64,000 nt of DNA from Octopus sinensis (lineage: Eukaryota): the NCBI RefSeq assembly GCF_006345805.1, contig NC_043019.1, positions 17,359,360 to 17,423,359 on the forward strand, written 5' to 3'. Numbering within the stretch: the stretch's first letter is position 1; each line of letters starts with the position of its first letter. The position numbers were made by a program, and so were the translations under genes. Positions 24,625 to 38,322 of this stretch are shown here, in pieces. The notes beneath the pieces were generated by a model that was given only the letters and a program-made list of their open reading frames with translations, had not been told where the DNA came from and made no database searches.

Positions 24625-24955
24625 ATCTTCTTTCAGGACTGTGGCCATGCTGGTGCATTTCCTTGAAGAGTTTTAGTCAAACAAATTAACTCCAGTACTT
24701 TTTTTTTAAAGTCTGGTGCTTATCCTCTTGGTCTCTTTTGTCAAACTACTAAGAAATGGGGATGTAAACAAACCAACTCTGGTTGTGAAATAGTGATGGG
24801 AGATAAAGAAAGAGCTCTCACTCCCACATACATGCTGGGCTTCTTTCAGTTTCCATCTACCAGATCCACTTACAGGGTTTTGGTTGATTTGAGGCTTTAG
24901 TGAAAAGCATTTGCCCAAGGTCCAGGCAGTGGGACTGATTTCAGAAACATGTGGT
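24625..24955 (-). mobile_element. SINE family A, degraded
   Basis: GGCCATGCTGG tail segment and CTTCTTTCAGTTTCCATCTACCAGATCCACT body. Confidence 0.75.
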
Positions 24956-24989
24956 CAGGAGACCAGACCCATAAGTTCTCTTTTAATCT

Positions 24990-25480
24990 AAAATATACTC
25001 TCCTTCATTTTCTACAATGCTCTTCCATTTATATGGTAGACTTGCAGGGCCCCTCTTCCAAAATTCACTTGTCCACGATGAAAAATAACTCGTCCAGTAC
25101 TGTTCTGACTTTGTTTACAGAATTTGTATTTTTTCCGTCCAAATGATTTTGAATACTGTGGAATAAATTATAACCAGCGAATATGGTGGGTGGTGTATCA
25201 TTTCCCATTCAAACTGCTCCAGACTTTGGAGTGTCATCCTTGTTGTATGCAGCCAAGCATTATCCTGATGGAAGAACACCTTTCATCTTGAAACCAAAGA
25301 TAGTTGTTTTTCTTCTAGTGCTGACTCAAGCAGCTTGCAGTATATCTCCTTTGTTATCATTTGGTTTGGGTCAAGCTCTACAGATCTCCCAGGAAGAGGC
25401 TCATCTTCTAGGCTATAGTTTCTGGTTTGAAATTTCTAGAACCATTGTTGACACTGGCTTATGCTTATTGTCCAATCCCC
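24990..25480 (-). pseudogene. Mariner transposase remnant
   Basis: VFFHQDNAWLHTTRMTLQSLEQFEWEMIHHPPYSL matches the mariner HQDNA...HPPYSPD motifs; disrupted. Confidence 0.8.
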
Positions 25481-25858
25481 ATTTACTGCATTAATATTCC
25501 TAGCACTTTCCGTTCATTGTTGCTTTTATTAAACTTGTAAAGCAAAATATTCCTAATAGGTTCCTTTGTTTCTTCCATTAATGATTTGAAAAAAAAAAAC
25601 TTTTAAGATCGAACTGCACTCCTCAAAACTTGCACTAAGAATAAGGACAAGGTAAAATTACTACATGCTTTTATAGCAAGTTGATGCAGATAGTTTATCC
25701 CATTCCCCTTCGACTTTTAATTTATGCAATTGAAAAAGCTGCATTATTTATGGGATGACCCAATATATGCATGCATCTGTGTACATATATAGAAAAAGAG
25801 AGTGAGAGAGAGTGAGGGTTGTGAATGAAGACAGACAGATTTAACAAAAATTATTTAT

Positions 25859-26283
25859 CACGTAAAAAGCACCATCCGTTCGTGGCCATTGCCAGGGCCG
25901 CCCCAACTGGCCCCCGTGCCGGTGGCACGTAAAAGCACCATCCGTTCGTGTCCATTGCCAGCCTCGCCTGGCCCCTGTGCCGGTGGCACGTAAAAGCACC
26001 ATCCGTTCGTGTCCATTGCCAGCCTCGCCTGGCCCCTGTGCCGGTGGCACGTAAAAGCACCATCTGTTCATGGCCGTTTGCCAGCTCCGTCTGGCTCCTG
26101 TGCGGGTGGCACGTAAAAAGCACCCTCTACACTCGCGGAGTGGTTGGCGTTAGGAAGGGCATCCAGCCGTAGAAACACTGCCAGATCAGACTGGGCCTGA
26201 TGCAGCCTTCTGGCTTCACAGACCCCAGTTGAACCGTCCAACCCATGCTAGCATGGAAAACGGACACTAAATGATGATGATGA
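25859..26283 (+). mobile_element. RTE LINE 3'UTR fragment with four ~61-bp tandem units and (GAT)n tail
   Basis: Units start CACGTAAAA(A)GCACCATC at 25859, 25926, 25987 and 26048; terminal module as in 37404-38075. Confidence 0.88.
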
Positions 26284-26797
26284 GTAAGCCTCACAAATAT
26301 TAACGTTCTTTCCATCCATTTTTTAATTCTATTATTTGGTGATAATCAAATATCATTGGCTTTGGGAGATTCAATTTTGTAATCGTCTACTTGTTTTCAT
26401 CTGGGATCTGACTGAAGCTTGAAGAAAATCTGGAATGAATTCAAGTTTTTAGTGAAATTTCTGAATGAAGATAGAAGCAGAGTTAAGGAAAAACTGGATC
26501 TCTTGGGAGCTTCTGTTGTTTGTTGATGTAATTTTGAATGAGAGCCATTGATGAAAATTAAAAGTAAACTAATTTAAGAAGTGTCAGTTAATCAATTAGA
26601 TTTAGAAGGTTCAAAACGGATATGGAAAAGAGAGTGATGTGTAAAGCAGGTTGAGAATTTGATTCAAATTCTCCACGCCAAGAGATGCCAATGATGATTA
26701 TGTGAAGCAAGTTAAAAGCAGACTTGCTGATGATGTTGAATACAAATAAATTATTGTACTTCCACTTTGCAAGATCAATATATATATTTTATATATA

Positions 26798-26922
26798 TTT
26801 CTGACGAAGAGCTCCACTTGAAACGTTAAACCCGCCTTCTTTCCTGAGCGTACAATAATACTATACTTGTTCCACGTCCTCGCGTTGTTGTGTTTTCTCT
26901 TTGTGTTTTCATGTTTGGATTA

Positions 26923-26925
<3 letters not shown>
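26798..26925 (+). mobile_element. Short (TA)n-associated element (Penelope pseudo-LTR-like) with a hammerhead-like motif
   Basis: TTT CTGACGA A GAG CTCCA CTT GAAA CGTT AAA at 26798-26830; followed directly by the giant TA array. Confidence 0.5.
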
Positions 26926-26962
<37 letters not shown>

Positions 26963-28545
26963 TATATAGTGTGTATGCATATATTAATATATATGTGTAT
27001 GCATATATATATATATGTATATATATATATGTAATGTATGTATATATATATATATATATATATGTATATGTATGTATATATATATATATGTATATGTATG
27101 TATGATATATATATGTATTATATTATGTATATATATATATATGTATATGTATGTAATATATATATATATATGTATATGTATGTGATATATATATGTATAT
27201 GTATGTATGTGTATATATATATGTATATGTATGTATGTGTATATATATATGTATATGTATTATAATATATTATATATAGTATATGTATGTGTGTATATAT
27301 ATGTATATGTATGTATATATATATATATATATGTATATGTATGTATATATGTATATGTATGTATATATATATATGTATATGTATGTATATATATATATGT
27401 GTATATGTATGTATATATATATATGTATATGTATGTATATATATATATGTATATGTATGTATATATATATATGTATATGTATGTATATATATATATGTAT
27501 ATGTATGTATATATATATATGTGTATATGTATGTATATATATATGTGTATATGTATGTATATTATATATATGTGTATATGTATGTATATATATATATGTG
27601 TATATGTATGTATATATATATATGTGTATATGTATGTATATATATATATGTGTATATGTATGTATATATATATATATATGTATATGTATGTATATATATA
27701 TGTATATGTATGTATATATATATGTATATGTATGTATGTATATATATATGTATATGTATGTATGTATATATATATATGTATATGTATGTATGTATATATA
27801 TATATATATGTGTATGTATGTATATATATATATATATGTGTATGTATGTATATGTATATATATATATATGTATATGTATGTATATATATAGATATTTGTA
27901 TGTATGTATATGTATATATATATATATGATATGTATATATATATATATGTATATGTATGTATATATATTATATATATGTATATGTATATATATATGTATA
28001 TGTATATATATATGTATAGGTATGTATATATATATATATATGTATATGTATGTATATATATATATATATATATAGTATATGTATGTATATAATATATATA
28101 TGTATATGTATGTATATATATATATATATGTATATGTATGTATTATATATATATATGTATATGTATGTATATATATATATATATGTATATGTATGTATAT
28201 ATATATATATATGTATATGTATGTATATATGTATATGTATGTATATATATATATATATGTATATGTATGTATATATATATATATATATGTATATGTATGT
28301 ATATATATATATATATATGTATATGTATGTATATATATATATATGTATATGTATGTATATATATATATGTATATGTATGTATATATATATATGTATATGT
28401 ATGTATATATATTATATGTATATGTATGTATATATATATGTATATGTATGTATATATAATATATATGTATATGGATGTATATATATATATATATATTATA
28501 TGTATGGTATGTATATATATATATATATATATGTATATGTATATG

Positions 28546-28604
<59 letters not shown>

Positions 28605-28610
28605 GTATAT

Positions 28611-28901
28611 CTTTTACTCTTTTACTTGTTTCAGCCATCCGGCTGAGGCCATGCTGGGGCAACGCCCTTGTTGCTACCTCTCTAAGTCCAGTTTGCCGTG
28701 GCTGGCCACTGATCTAAGAGAGAGTTTGTAGCTGCTGCCCTTAGGTTACCTTCGTACCTTGCAGCAGTGGGTTCATCTGGGATCCCGGAAAGCAGCTTGT
28801 CTAGATGTTTTTTGAAAATGTCCACATCCGCATCATGTAGATCTCTTAGTTTTCTTGGCAGTTTGTTGAACAGCTGAGGGCCCCTGAACCCCAGGCTATT
28901 A
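28611..28901 (-). mobile_element. Second copy of the CR1-group LINE 3' end (291 bp)
   Basis: Near-identical to ~30219-30507 (one substitution and a few small indels by eye). Confidence 0.93.
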
Positions 28902-30209
28902 TGTATATATATATATATGTATATGTATGTATATATATGTTAGATTATAGTATGTATATTATAATATATATGTATATGTATTTGTATATATATATATATA
29001 TATATATGTATATGTATGTATATATATATATATGTATTGTATGATATATATATATATGTAATGTATGTATATATATATATATGTATATGTATGTATATAT
29101 ATATGTATGGATATTATATATATGTATATGTATGTATTATATATATATGTATATGTATGTATATATATATATATGTATATGTATGATATATATATTATAT
29201 GTATATGTATGATATATATATATATGTATATGTATGTATATTATATATATGTATATGTATGTATATATAATATATGTATATGTAGTATATATAATATATG
29301 TATATGTATGTATATATAATATATGTATATGTATGATATATATATGGATAGTATGTATATATATATATATGTATATGTATGTATATATATATATATAGTA
29401 TATGTATGTATATATAATATAATGTATATGTATGTATATATATATATGTATATGTATGGATATATATATATATGTATATGTATGTATATATATGTATATT
29501 ATATGTATGTATTATATATGTATATATATATGTATGTATATATATGATTATATTATGTATGTATTATATATGTATATATATATGTATGTATTATATGTTG
29601 TAATATAGTGTATTGTATATATATGTATGTATATATTGTATATATATATGTATTATTATGTAGTATATATATGTATATATATATGATGTATATATATGTA
29701 TATATATATGTATGTATATAATGTATATATATATGTATATATATATGTATGTATATATATGTATATATATATGTATAATATGTATATTATATGTATGTGT
29801 ATATATATGTATGTATATATATGTTATATATATATGTATGTATATATATGTATATATAATGTATGTTATATATGTATATATATATGTATGTATATATATA
29901 TGTATATATATGTATATATTATGTATATTATATGTATGTATATATATGTATATATATATGTCTGTATATATATTATATATCTATGTATGTATATATATGT
30001 TATATATAGGTATATATAATGTATTATATATATGTATATATATATGTATATTATATGTATATTATATGTATGTATGTATATGTATGTACTATATATGTAT
30101 ATGATGTATATATATATAATATATGATATGATGTATATATATATATGTATTATGTATGTATGTATATATATATATATATATGTATATGTATGTAGTATAT
30201 TATATATAT

Positions 30210-32619
30210 TCTTTTACTCTTTTACTCTTTTACTTGTTTCAGCCATCCGGCTGAGGCCATGCTGGGGCACCGCCCTTGTTGCTACCCTCTCTAAGTCCAG
30301 TTTGCCGTGGCTGGCCACTGATCTAAGAGAGAGTTTGTAGCTGCTGCCCTTAGGTTACCCTCGTACCTTGCAGTGGGTTCATCTGGGATCCCGGAAAGCA
30401 GCTTGTCTAGATGTTTTTTGAAAATGTCCACATCCGCATCATGTAGATCTCTTAGTTTTCTTGGCAGTTTGTTGAACAGCTGAGGGCCCCTGAACCCCAG
30501 GCTATTACAGTATCTGCTCCTTACCCTGGATGTGGAAGACGGGACCTTTGGCACCACACAGTGACGACCTGTACGGGGATTGGAACAGCTCTCAATTCCA
30601 AAAATTTGGTGCTAGTCCCTCCAGGATTTTCCATATGTATATCACTGCATATCTCTCTCGTCTTCGTTCCAAGGAGTACAAATTGAGTTCCCTAAGCCTC
30701 TCCCAATAGTTTTTTTCTTTCATGGTGGAAATCCTCTTGGTGAAATGTCTTTGGATTGTCTCAAGCTCTGTGGTTAGTTGACACTATGCGGTGACCACAG
30801 TTGGGAGCAGTAGTCCAGGCGGCTTAGGACAAATGTCCTCCATAGTGTCAACATGGTCTCGCAGTCTCTTGTCCGGAATGTCCTCAGGATCCAGCCAGTG
30901 AGTCGTCTGCACATTGTCGCCACCTTCGCGATGTGTGAAGAAAAAGATGCATCGTCACTCATGTCTATCCCCAGGTCCCGTATTGATTTCGATACTGGGA
31001 TTTCGATCCCTCCTGGACCAGTATAGTTGTGTTGTAATGTATATGTGTTTACAGCTTGATATTGTAAGGCTTGAAATTTACCAGCATTAAATTGCATGTT
31101 GTTGTCTTCAGCCCATTTGTATATGGCATCCAGATCTTGTTGTAAAAGGTCAGCATCAGCTGGGTTTTAATTGCCTGTGCTACCTTTGTGTCATCAGCAT
31201 AGCTAGTGAGGGATGTTGTTTGTGCTACCAAGGGCATGTCAGAGAGCGCCACCAAAAACAGCAAGGGTCCCAAGACTGTGCCCTGTGGCCACCCGCTTGC
31301 TATTGGTTGTCTTTCCCGAGAGGGCTCCATTGGCTGCAACCATCTGGCTTCTGTCCTTCAGGAAGTCATGTATCCACTCACCTACTTTCCTGTTATGCCG
31401 AGTCTGAGTAATTTGTGACATATCACTCCGTGGTCGACTTTGTCAAAGGCCTTCGCAAAGTCGAGATATACCACATCCACCTGTGAGCGATCCAGTAGTT
31501 GTTTCAGTACCCAGTCGTAGTGTTGTAACAGCTGCGTAAGGCAGCTTCTTCCTGGGCGAAAGCCATGCTGTGTGTCAGTGAGACGGTTAGTTTCTTCGAG
31601 GAACGTGATCAGTTTTTTTCTGATGATTCGTTCCATGACCTTACTTATGTGTGACGTCAGGGAGACTGGCCTGTAGTTTTTGGCCTCTGCTCTACTCCCT
31701 CCTTTGTGGATAGGGCATATGGTGCCTTCTTTTAGCGCCCTGGGCAGTTTACCGTTAGTCAAGGAACCACTGAACAGCCACTTCAGTGGTCCCGCTAGGG
31801 CATGCCTGCATGTTTTTAGGAGGACTGCTGGGAATCCATCTGGTCCAGCAGCTGAGTTTATTCTCATTTCTTCTATGGCAGATATTACATCCCTCTCTGT
31901 TATGTCTATGTGGTCGATGGTTGTTGTTTGGTTTTGGAGTGTTGTGGCATCAAAGAAAACTTCTGGGTTTGTGATTTGCATGTGCCCCAGAGGGGATGTG
32001 AACACACTTTTATACTGTTCCTTAGTATTTCACTTATCCCTTGGGGGTCCTCAGTTAGAGAGCCCTTTTTATCAAAGAGTGGGCCAATCTTGCAGTGTAC
32101 CGAGGTGGTTTCTTTCGCAAATTTAAAGAAAGCTTTAGGGTTTGTTTTAATATTCTCTATGGCCCTGGCTTCTCTCTCTGCCCTCTCCTTCTCATAGGAA
32201 AGTTTGAGTGCAGTTTCCGTTTCAAAAGTTTCAGGTGGAGTCCCTTATTGTTTCTCTGCCGTGCATTCAGTTGCTTCGAGAGCTTAGCTCTTCGCCTCAT
32301 AAGTATTTTCCTGTCTCTGGGAATAACGTTCCTATGCCCGCTGGCTTTTTCTCCGGGACAAACTTATGGCATATGTTCTGTATTGTTGTCATGAAATGTT
32401 GGAATGTGTGTTGGTCTCGTGTGTGGTGATGAAGTCACTCCAGTCATGTTTTCGGATCTCTTCGTTGATCTTTTCCAGTTTGCCTTATGGAAGTTAGACT
32501 GGATAGGCCTGTGGATTTTCTAATGGCTGCGTCTCAACTAACTCTCTCATACCATATATCATTACCTCTATAAGTTGTGATCTGAGAGAGAATTGTAGGT
32601 GTTACCATTAGTTGTGGAT
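30210..32619 (-). mobile_element. 5'-truncated CR1-group LINE (end of APE endonuclease, RT, 3'UTR, (GAGTAAAA)n tail)
   Basis: SDHN; PVSLTSHISKVMERI; QHGFRPGRSC; YLDFAKAFDKVDH; PQGTVLGPLLF; YADDTK; RLDYCSQLWSP; LYSLERRRER. Stop at 30291; ORF split by several frameshifts. Confidence 0.95.
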
Positions 32620-32755
32620 GTATATATATATGTATATGTATGTATATAGATATGTAATATGTAGTATGTATATATATATATATATATGGTATGTATGTAG
32701 ATATATATATATATTTCTATGTATGATTAGATATATATATATATATGTATGTATA

Positions 32756-32790
<35 letters not shown>

Positions 32791-35248
32791 TGTAATATGT
32801 ATGTATATATGTATATATATATATGTATATGATGTATATATATATATATGTATATGTATGTATATATATATATATGTATATGTATTGTATATATATATAT
32901 GTATATGTATGTATATATATATCTATGTATATGGGTAGGTATTATATATATATATATATATGTATATGTATGTATAATATATATATATATGTATATGTAT
33001 GTATATATATATATATGTAATATGTATGTATATATAGATATATGTATATGTATGTATATATATATATATGTATAGGTATGTATATCGATATATATATATA
33101 GTATATGATGTATATATATATATATATGTATATGTATGTATTATATATATGTATGTATATATTATATATGTATGTATGTATTATATATATATATGTATAT
33201 GTATGTATGTATATATATATATATATGTATATGTATATATGTATATATATATATATGTATATGTATGTATATATATGTATGTATATGTATATATATATGT
33301 ATGTATGTTATGTATATATATATGTATGTATATGTATGTATATATATGTATGTATATGTATGTATAATATATATATGTATATGTATGTATATAATGTATG
33401 TATATGTAGTATATATATATTATATGTATATGTATGTATATATATATATGTATATGTATGTATATTATATATATATTGATATGTATGTATATAATATATA
33501 TGTATATGTATGTATGTATATATATATATTATTGTATATGTATATATATATATGTATATGTATGTATATATATATATGTATATGTTATATATATATATGT
33601 ATATGTATGTATATATATATATGTATATGTATGTATATATATATGATATGGATGTATATATATATATGTATATGTATGTATATAATATATATGTATATGT
33701 ATGTATATATAATATGTATATGTATGTTATATATATATGTATATGTATGGATATATATATGTATATGTATTATAGTATATATATGTATATGTATGTATAT
33801 ATATATGTATGTATATATATATATGTATATGGATATATATATATGTATTATATGGTGTATATATATATATATGTATATTATGTATATATATGGTGTATAT
33901 ATATATATATGTATATATATATGTATATGTATGTATATATATTATATCTATGTATATGTTGTATATTATATATTATGTATATGTAATGTATGTATATATA
34001 TATATATATGTATATGTATGTATATATATATATATATATGTATATGTATGTATATATATATATATGTATATGTATATATGTATATATATATATGTATATG
34101 TAGTTATATATTATATGTATATGTATATAGTATATGATATAGATATATATGGTATATGTATATATGTATATAAGTATGTATATATATGTATATGTATATA
34201 TGATATATATGTATGTATATATATATATATATGTATTGTTATATATATATAGTATATGTATATATGTAATATATGTATGTATATATATATATATGTATAT
34301 GATATATGTATATGATGTATATGTAATATATATATATGTATATGTATGTATATATATGTATAGTATGTATATATAGTATATGTATGATATAGATGATATA
34401 TGTATGTATATAATGTATATATATATGTATGGTATATATGTATATTATATGTATGTATATATATGTATATATATATGTATGTATATATATGTTATATATA
34501 TATGTATATATATATGTATGTATGTATATGTATGTATGTATATGTATATGTCTGGTATATATATATGTATATGTATGTATATATATATATGTATATGTAT
34601 GTATATATATGTATATGTATGTTATATATATATGTAATGTATGTATATAGATATATATGATGTATATGATGTGTATATATTATGTATATGTATGTATATT
34701 TATATTTATAAATATGTATATGTATGTATAATATATATATGTATATGTATGTAATATTATATATGTAATATTATATATATATATGTATATGTATGTTATA
34801 TAATATGTATATGTATGTATAATATATATGTATATGTATGTATATATATATGTATATGTATGTATATATATATGTATATGTATGTATATATTATATATAT
34901 ATGTATCGTATGTATATATATATATGTATATGTATGTATATATATGTATATGTATGTATATATATATGTATATGTATGTATATATATATATGTATATGTA
35001 TGTATTAATATATATGTATATGTATGTATATATATATATGTATATGTATGTATATATATATATGTATATGTATGTATATATATATATGTATATGTATGTA
35101 TATATGTATATGTATATATGTATGTATATATATATATGTATATGTATGTATATATGTATATGTATATGTATGTATATATGTATATGTATATATGTATGTA
35201 TATATATATATGTATATGTATGTATATATGTATATGTATATATGTATG

Positions 35249-35281
<33 letters not shown>

Positions 35282-37403
35282 GTATATGTATGTATATATA
35301 TGTATATGTATGTATATATATATGTATATGTATGTATATATATGTATATGTATGTATATATATATGTATATGTATGTATATATATATGTATATGTATGTA
35401 TATGTATGTATATATATATGTATATGTATGTATATATATATATTGTATATGTTATATATATTATATGTATATGTATGTATAATATATGTATATGTATGTA
35501 TATATATATATGTATGTATATATATATAGTATGTGTATGGTATATTATGTATGTGTATGTATAATATATGTATGTATATATGTAGTGTATATATATATAT
35601 ATGTATGGTATATTATATATAGGTATGTGTATATATATATATGTAAGTGTTATATATATATGTATGTATATATATGTATATGTATGTGTTTGCCTAATAT
35701 AATATATGTATATGTATATATTATATGTATATAGTATGTATATATATGTAATGTATGTATATATATGTATATGTATTTATATATATATATTATGTATAGT
35801 ATTATATATATGTATATGTATGTATATATATATATATGTATATGTATGTATATATATATATATGTATATGTATGTATATATTCTATTTTATATATATATT
35901 AATATGTATATGTATGTATATAGATATATATGTATATGTATGTATTATATATATATATGTATAGTATGTATTATATATATATGTATATGTATGTATATAT
36001 ATATATGTATATGTATGTATATATATATATATGTATATGTAGGTATGATATATATTGTATATGTATGTATATAATATATATGTTATATATTATATTATTA
36101 TATATGTATATGTATGTATATATATATATGTATATGTATGATATGTGTATATGTAGTATATATAATATATGTATGTATTATATATATATAGTATGTATAT
36201 ATATATATGGATATATGTATATATGTATATGTATGTATATATATATATGTATATGTATGTATATATATATATGTATATGTATGTATATATATATATATGT
36301 ATATGTATGTATATATTATATGTATATGTATGTTATATATATATGTATATGTATGTATAATATATATGTATATGTATGTATATATATATATGTTATCTGT
36401 ATGTATATATATTATGTATATGTATGTATAATTATTATGTATATGTATGTATATATTATATATGTATATGTATGTATATATATATATGTATATGTATGTA
36501 TATATATATATGTTATATGTATGTATATATATATATGTGTATGTATGTATATATATGTATGTATATGTATGTATATATATATGTGTATGTATGTATATAT
36601 ATGTATGTGTATGTATGTATATATATGTATGTGTATGTATGTATATATATGTATGTGTATGTATATATATATATGTATGTGTATGTATATATATATATGT
36701 ATGTGTATGTATATATATATATGTATGTGTATGGTGTATATATATATATGTATGTGTATGTATATATATATATATGTTGTGTATGTATATATATATATAG
36801 TATATGTAATGTATATATCTATATGTATATGTATGTATATATATATTGATATGTATGTATATATATATATGTATATGTATGTATATATATATATGTATAT
36901 GTATGTAGTATATATATGTATATGTATGTATAATTATATGTATATGTATGTATATATATATATGTATATGTATGTATATATATATATGTATGTATGTATA
37001 TATATATATGTATAGTATGTATATATTATATATATGTATATGTATGTATATATATATGTATATTGTATATATATATATGTATATGGATGTATATATATAT
37101 ATGTATATGTATGTATATATTATGTATATGTATGTATATATATATGTATATGTATGTATATATATATGTATATGTATGTATATATATATATATATTATAT
37201 GTAGATATATATAATATATGTATATATATATATATAGTATGTATATATATATGTGTTAGTATATATATATATGTATGTAGATATATTGTGTATGTATATA
37301 TATATATGTAGTATGTTATATATATATGTATATATATATATATATGTATATGTATATATGTATATGTATATGTATATATATATATGTGTATATATATATA
37401 TAT

Positions 37404-38075
37404 ATCATCATCATCATTGTTGTTTAACATCTGCTTCCCATGTGAGCATGGGTTGGACAGTTTGACATGGAGCCAGCCAGCTGGGAGCTGTCCAAACTCC
37501 AATTATCAGTGGTGGTGTGGTTTCTATGGCTGGATGCCCTTCCTAATGCCAACTGCTTAAAAGTGTGTGCTGAGTGCTTTCGACATGCTACTAGCATGGG
37601 TGTATTTACACAGTGCCAGCATGGATGCCTTTTATGTGGTATCAGCACCAGAAAGAACAAGCCTGTATGTGTGGAAGATAGTGATTTTACTTTGCTTGAT
37701 GCACACAGCAAATTGCCATATCCTCTGGCCCCTTGTCATTTCCTCAGTGAGGCCCAGCATCCGAAGATCCTTTCTCACCACTTTGTCTCATGTCTTCCTG
37801 GGTCTACTCCTTCCGAAGGTACCCTCCCCTATTAGGGCTCAGCACTCCTTTACACAGCTGTCCTCATCCATATGCATCACATGACTAAACCAGTGCAGTC
37901 TTCTCTCTTGCACATATCTGATGCCTCTTGTACCCAGTTTTCCTCTTAAATCATTTACACTCTATCATGCATGCACACTGACACTACCCATCCAGCAGAG
38001 CATGCTAGCTTGCAAGTCCCCTGCAGTCAAAGCCCACATTTCACTGCCATGTAACATAACTGTTTGTATCACCAA
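37404..38075 (-). mobile_element. RTE LINE 3' end: ORF2 C-terminus joined to 3'UTR and (GAT)n tail
   Basis: QERRLHWFSHVMHMDEDSCVK-type RTE C-terminus runs into the GGCATTAGGAAGGGCATCCAGCCATAGAAACC...GATGATGAT module. Confidence 0.85.
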
Positions 38076-38076
38076 A

Positions 38077-38118
<42 letters not shown>

Positions 38119-38123
<5 letters not shown>

Positions 38124-38322
38124 GACGCCATGATAGATCGTTAGCTCCTACACGCATTTTTTTCTCTCCTTGTTTTTTTCTGTGTATCTTTCTGTCGAAG
38201 AGCGTAGGCTCGAAACGTAAAAGACTTTCTCTATTTCTATTCCTGAGTGCTATACTAATACATTGTTGTGTTGTGTTACTCCACCTACCTTCGTTTTTGT
38301 TTATTTTCGTAACCTTCCCCGT
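38119..38322 (+). mobile_element. (TA)n-flanked short element (Penelope pseudo-LTR-like) with a minimal hammerhead-like motif
   Basis: TCTTT CTGTCGA A GAGC GTAG GCTC GAAA C GTA AAAGA at 38187-38224; (TA)n on both sides. Confidence 0.6.

Larger units (their letters stand above)
26926..37405. repeat. Giant compound (TA)n/(TATG)n array, interrupted by two LINE pieces
   Basis: Array segments 26926-28610, 28902-30209 and 32620-37405; recurring motif ATGTATATGTATGTATATATAT. Confidence 0.97.

Noticed and set aside
25859-26108. CRISPR-like regular repeats
   Set aside because: Whole ~61-bp units are duplicated with no unique spacers, there are no cas genes, and the context is a eukaryotic LINE 3'UTR.
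26890-37502. Dozens of long M/Y/I/C/V-rich or H/T/Y/I-rich ORFs (up to 366 aa)
   Set aside because: These are translations of (TA)n/(TATG)n DNA, which rarely contains stop codons. The same applies to ORFs at 10377-10724 and 59373-60078.
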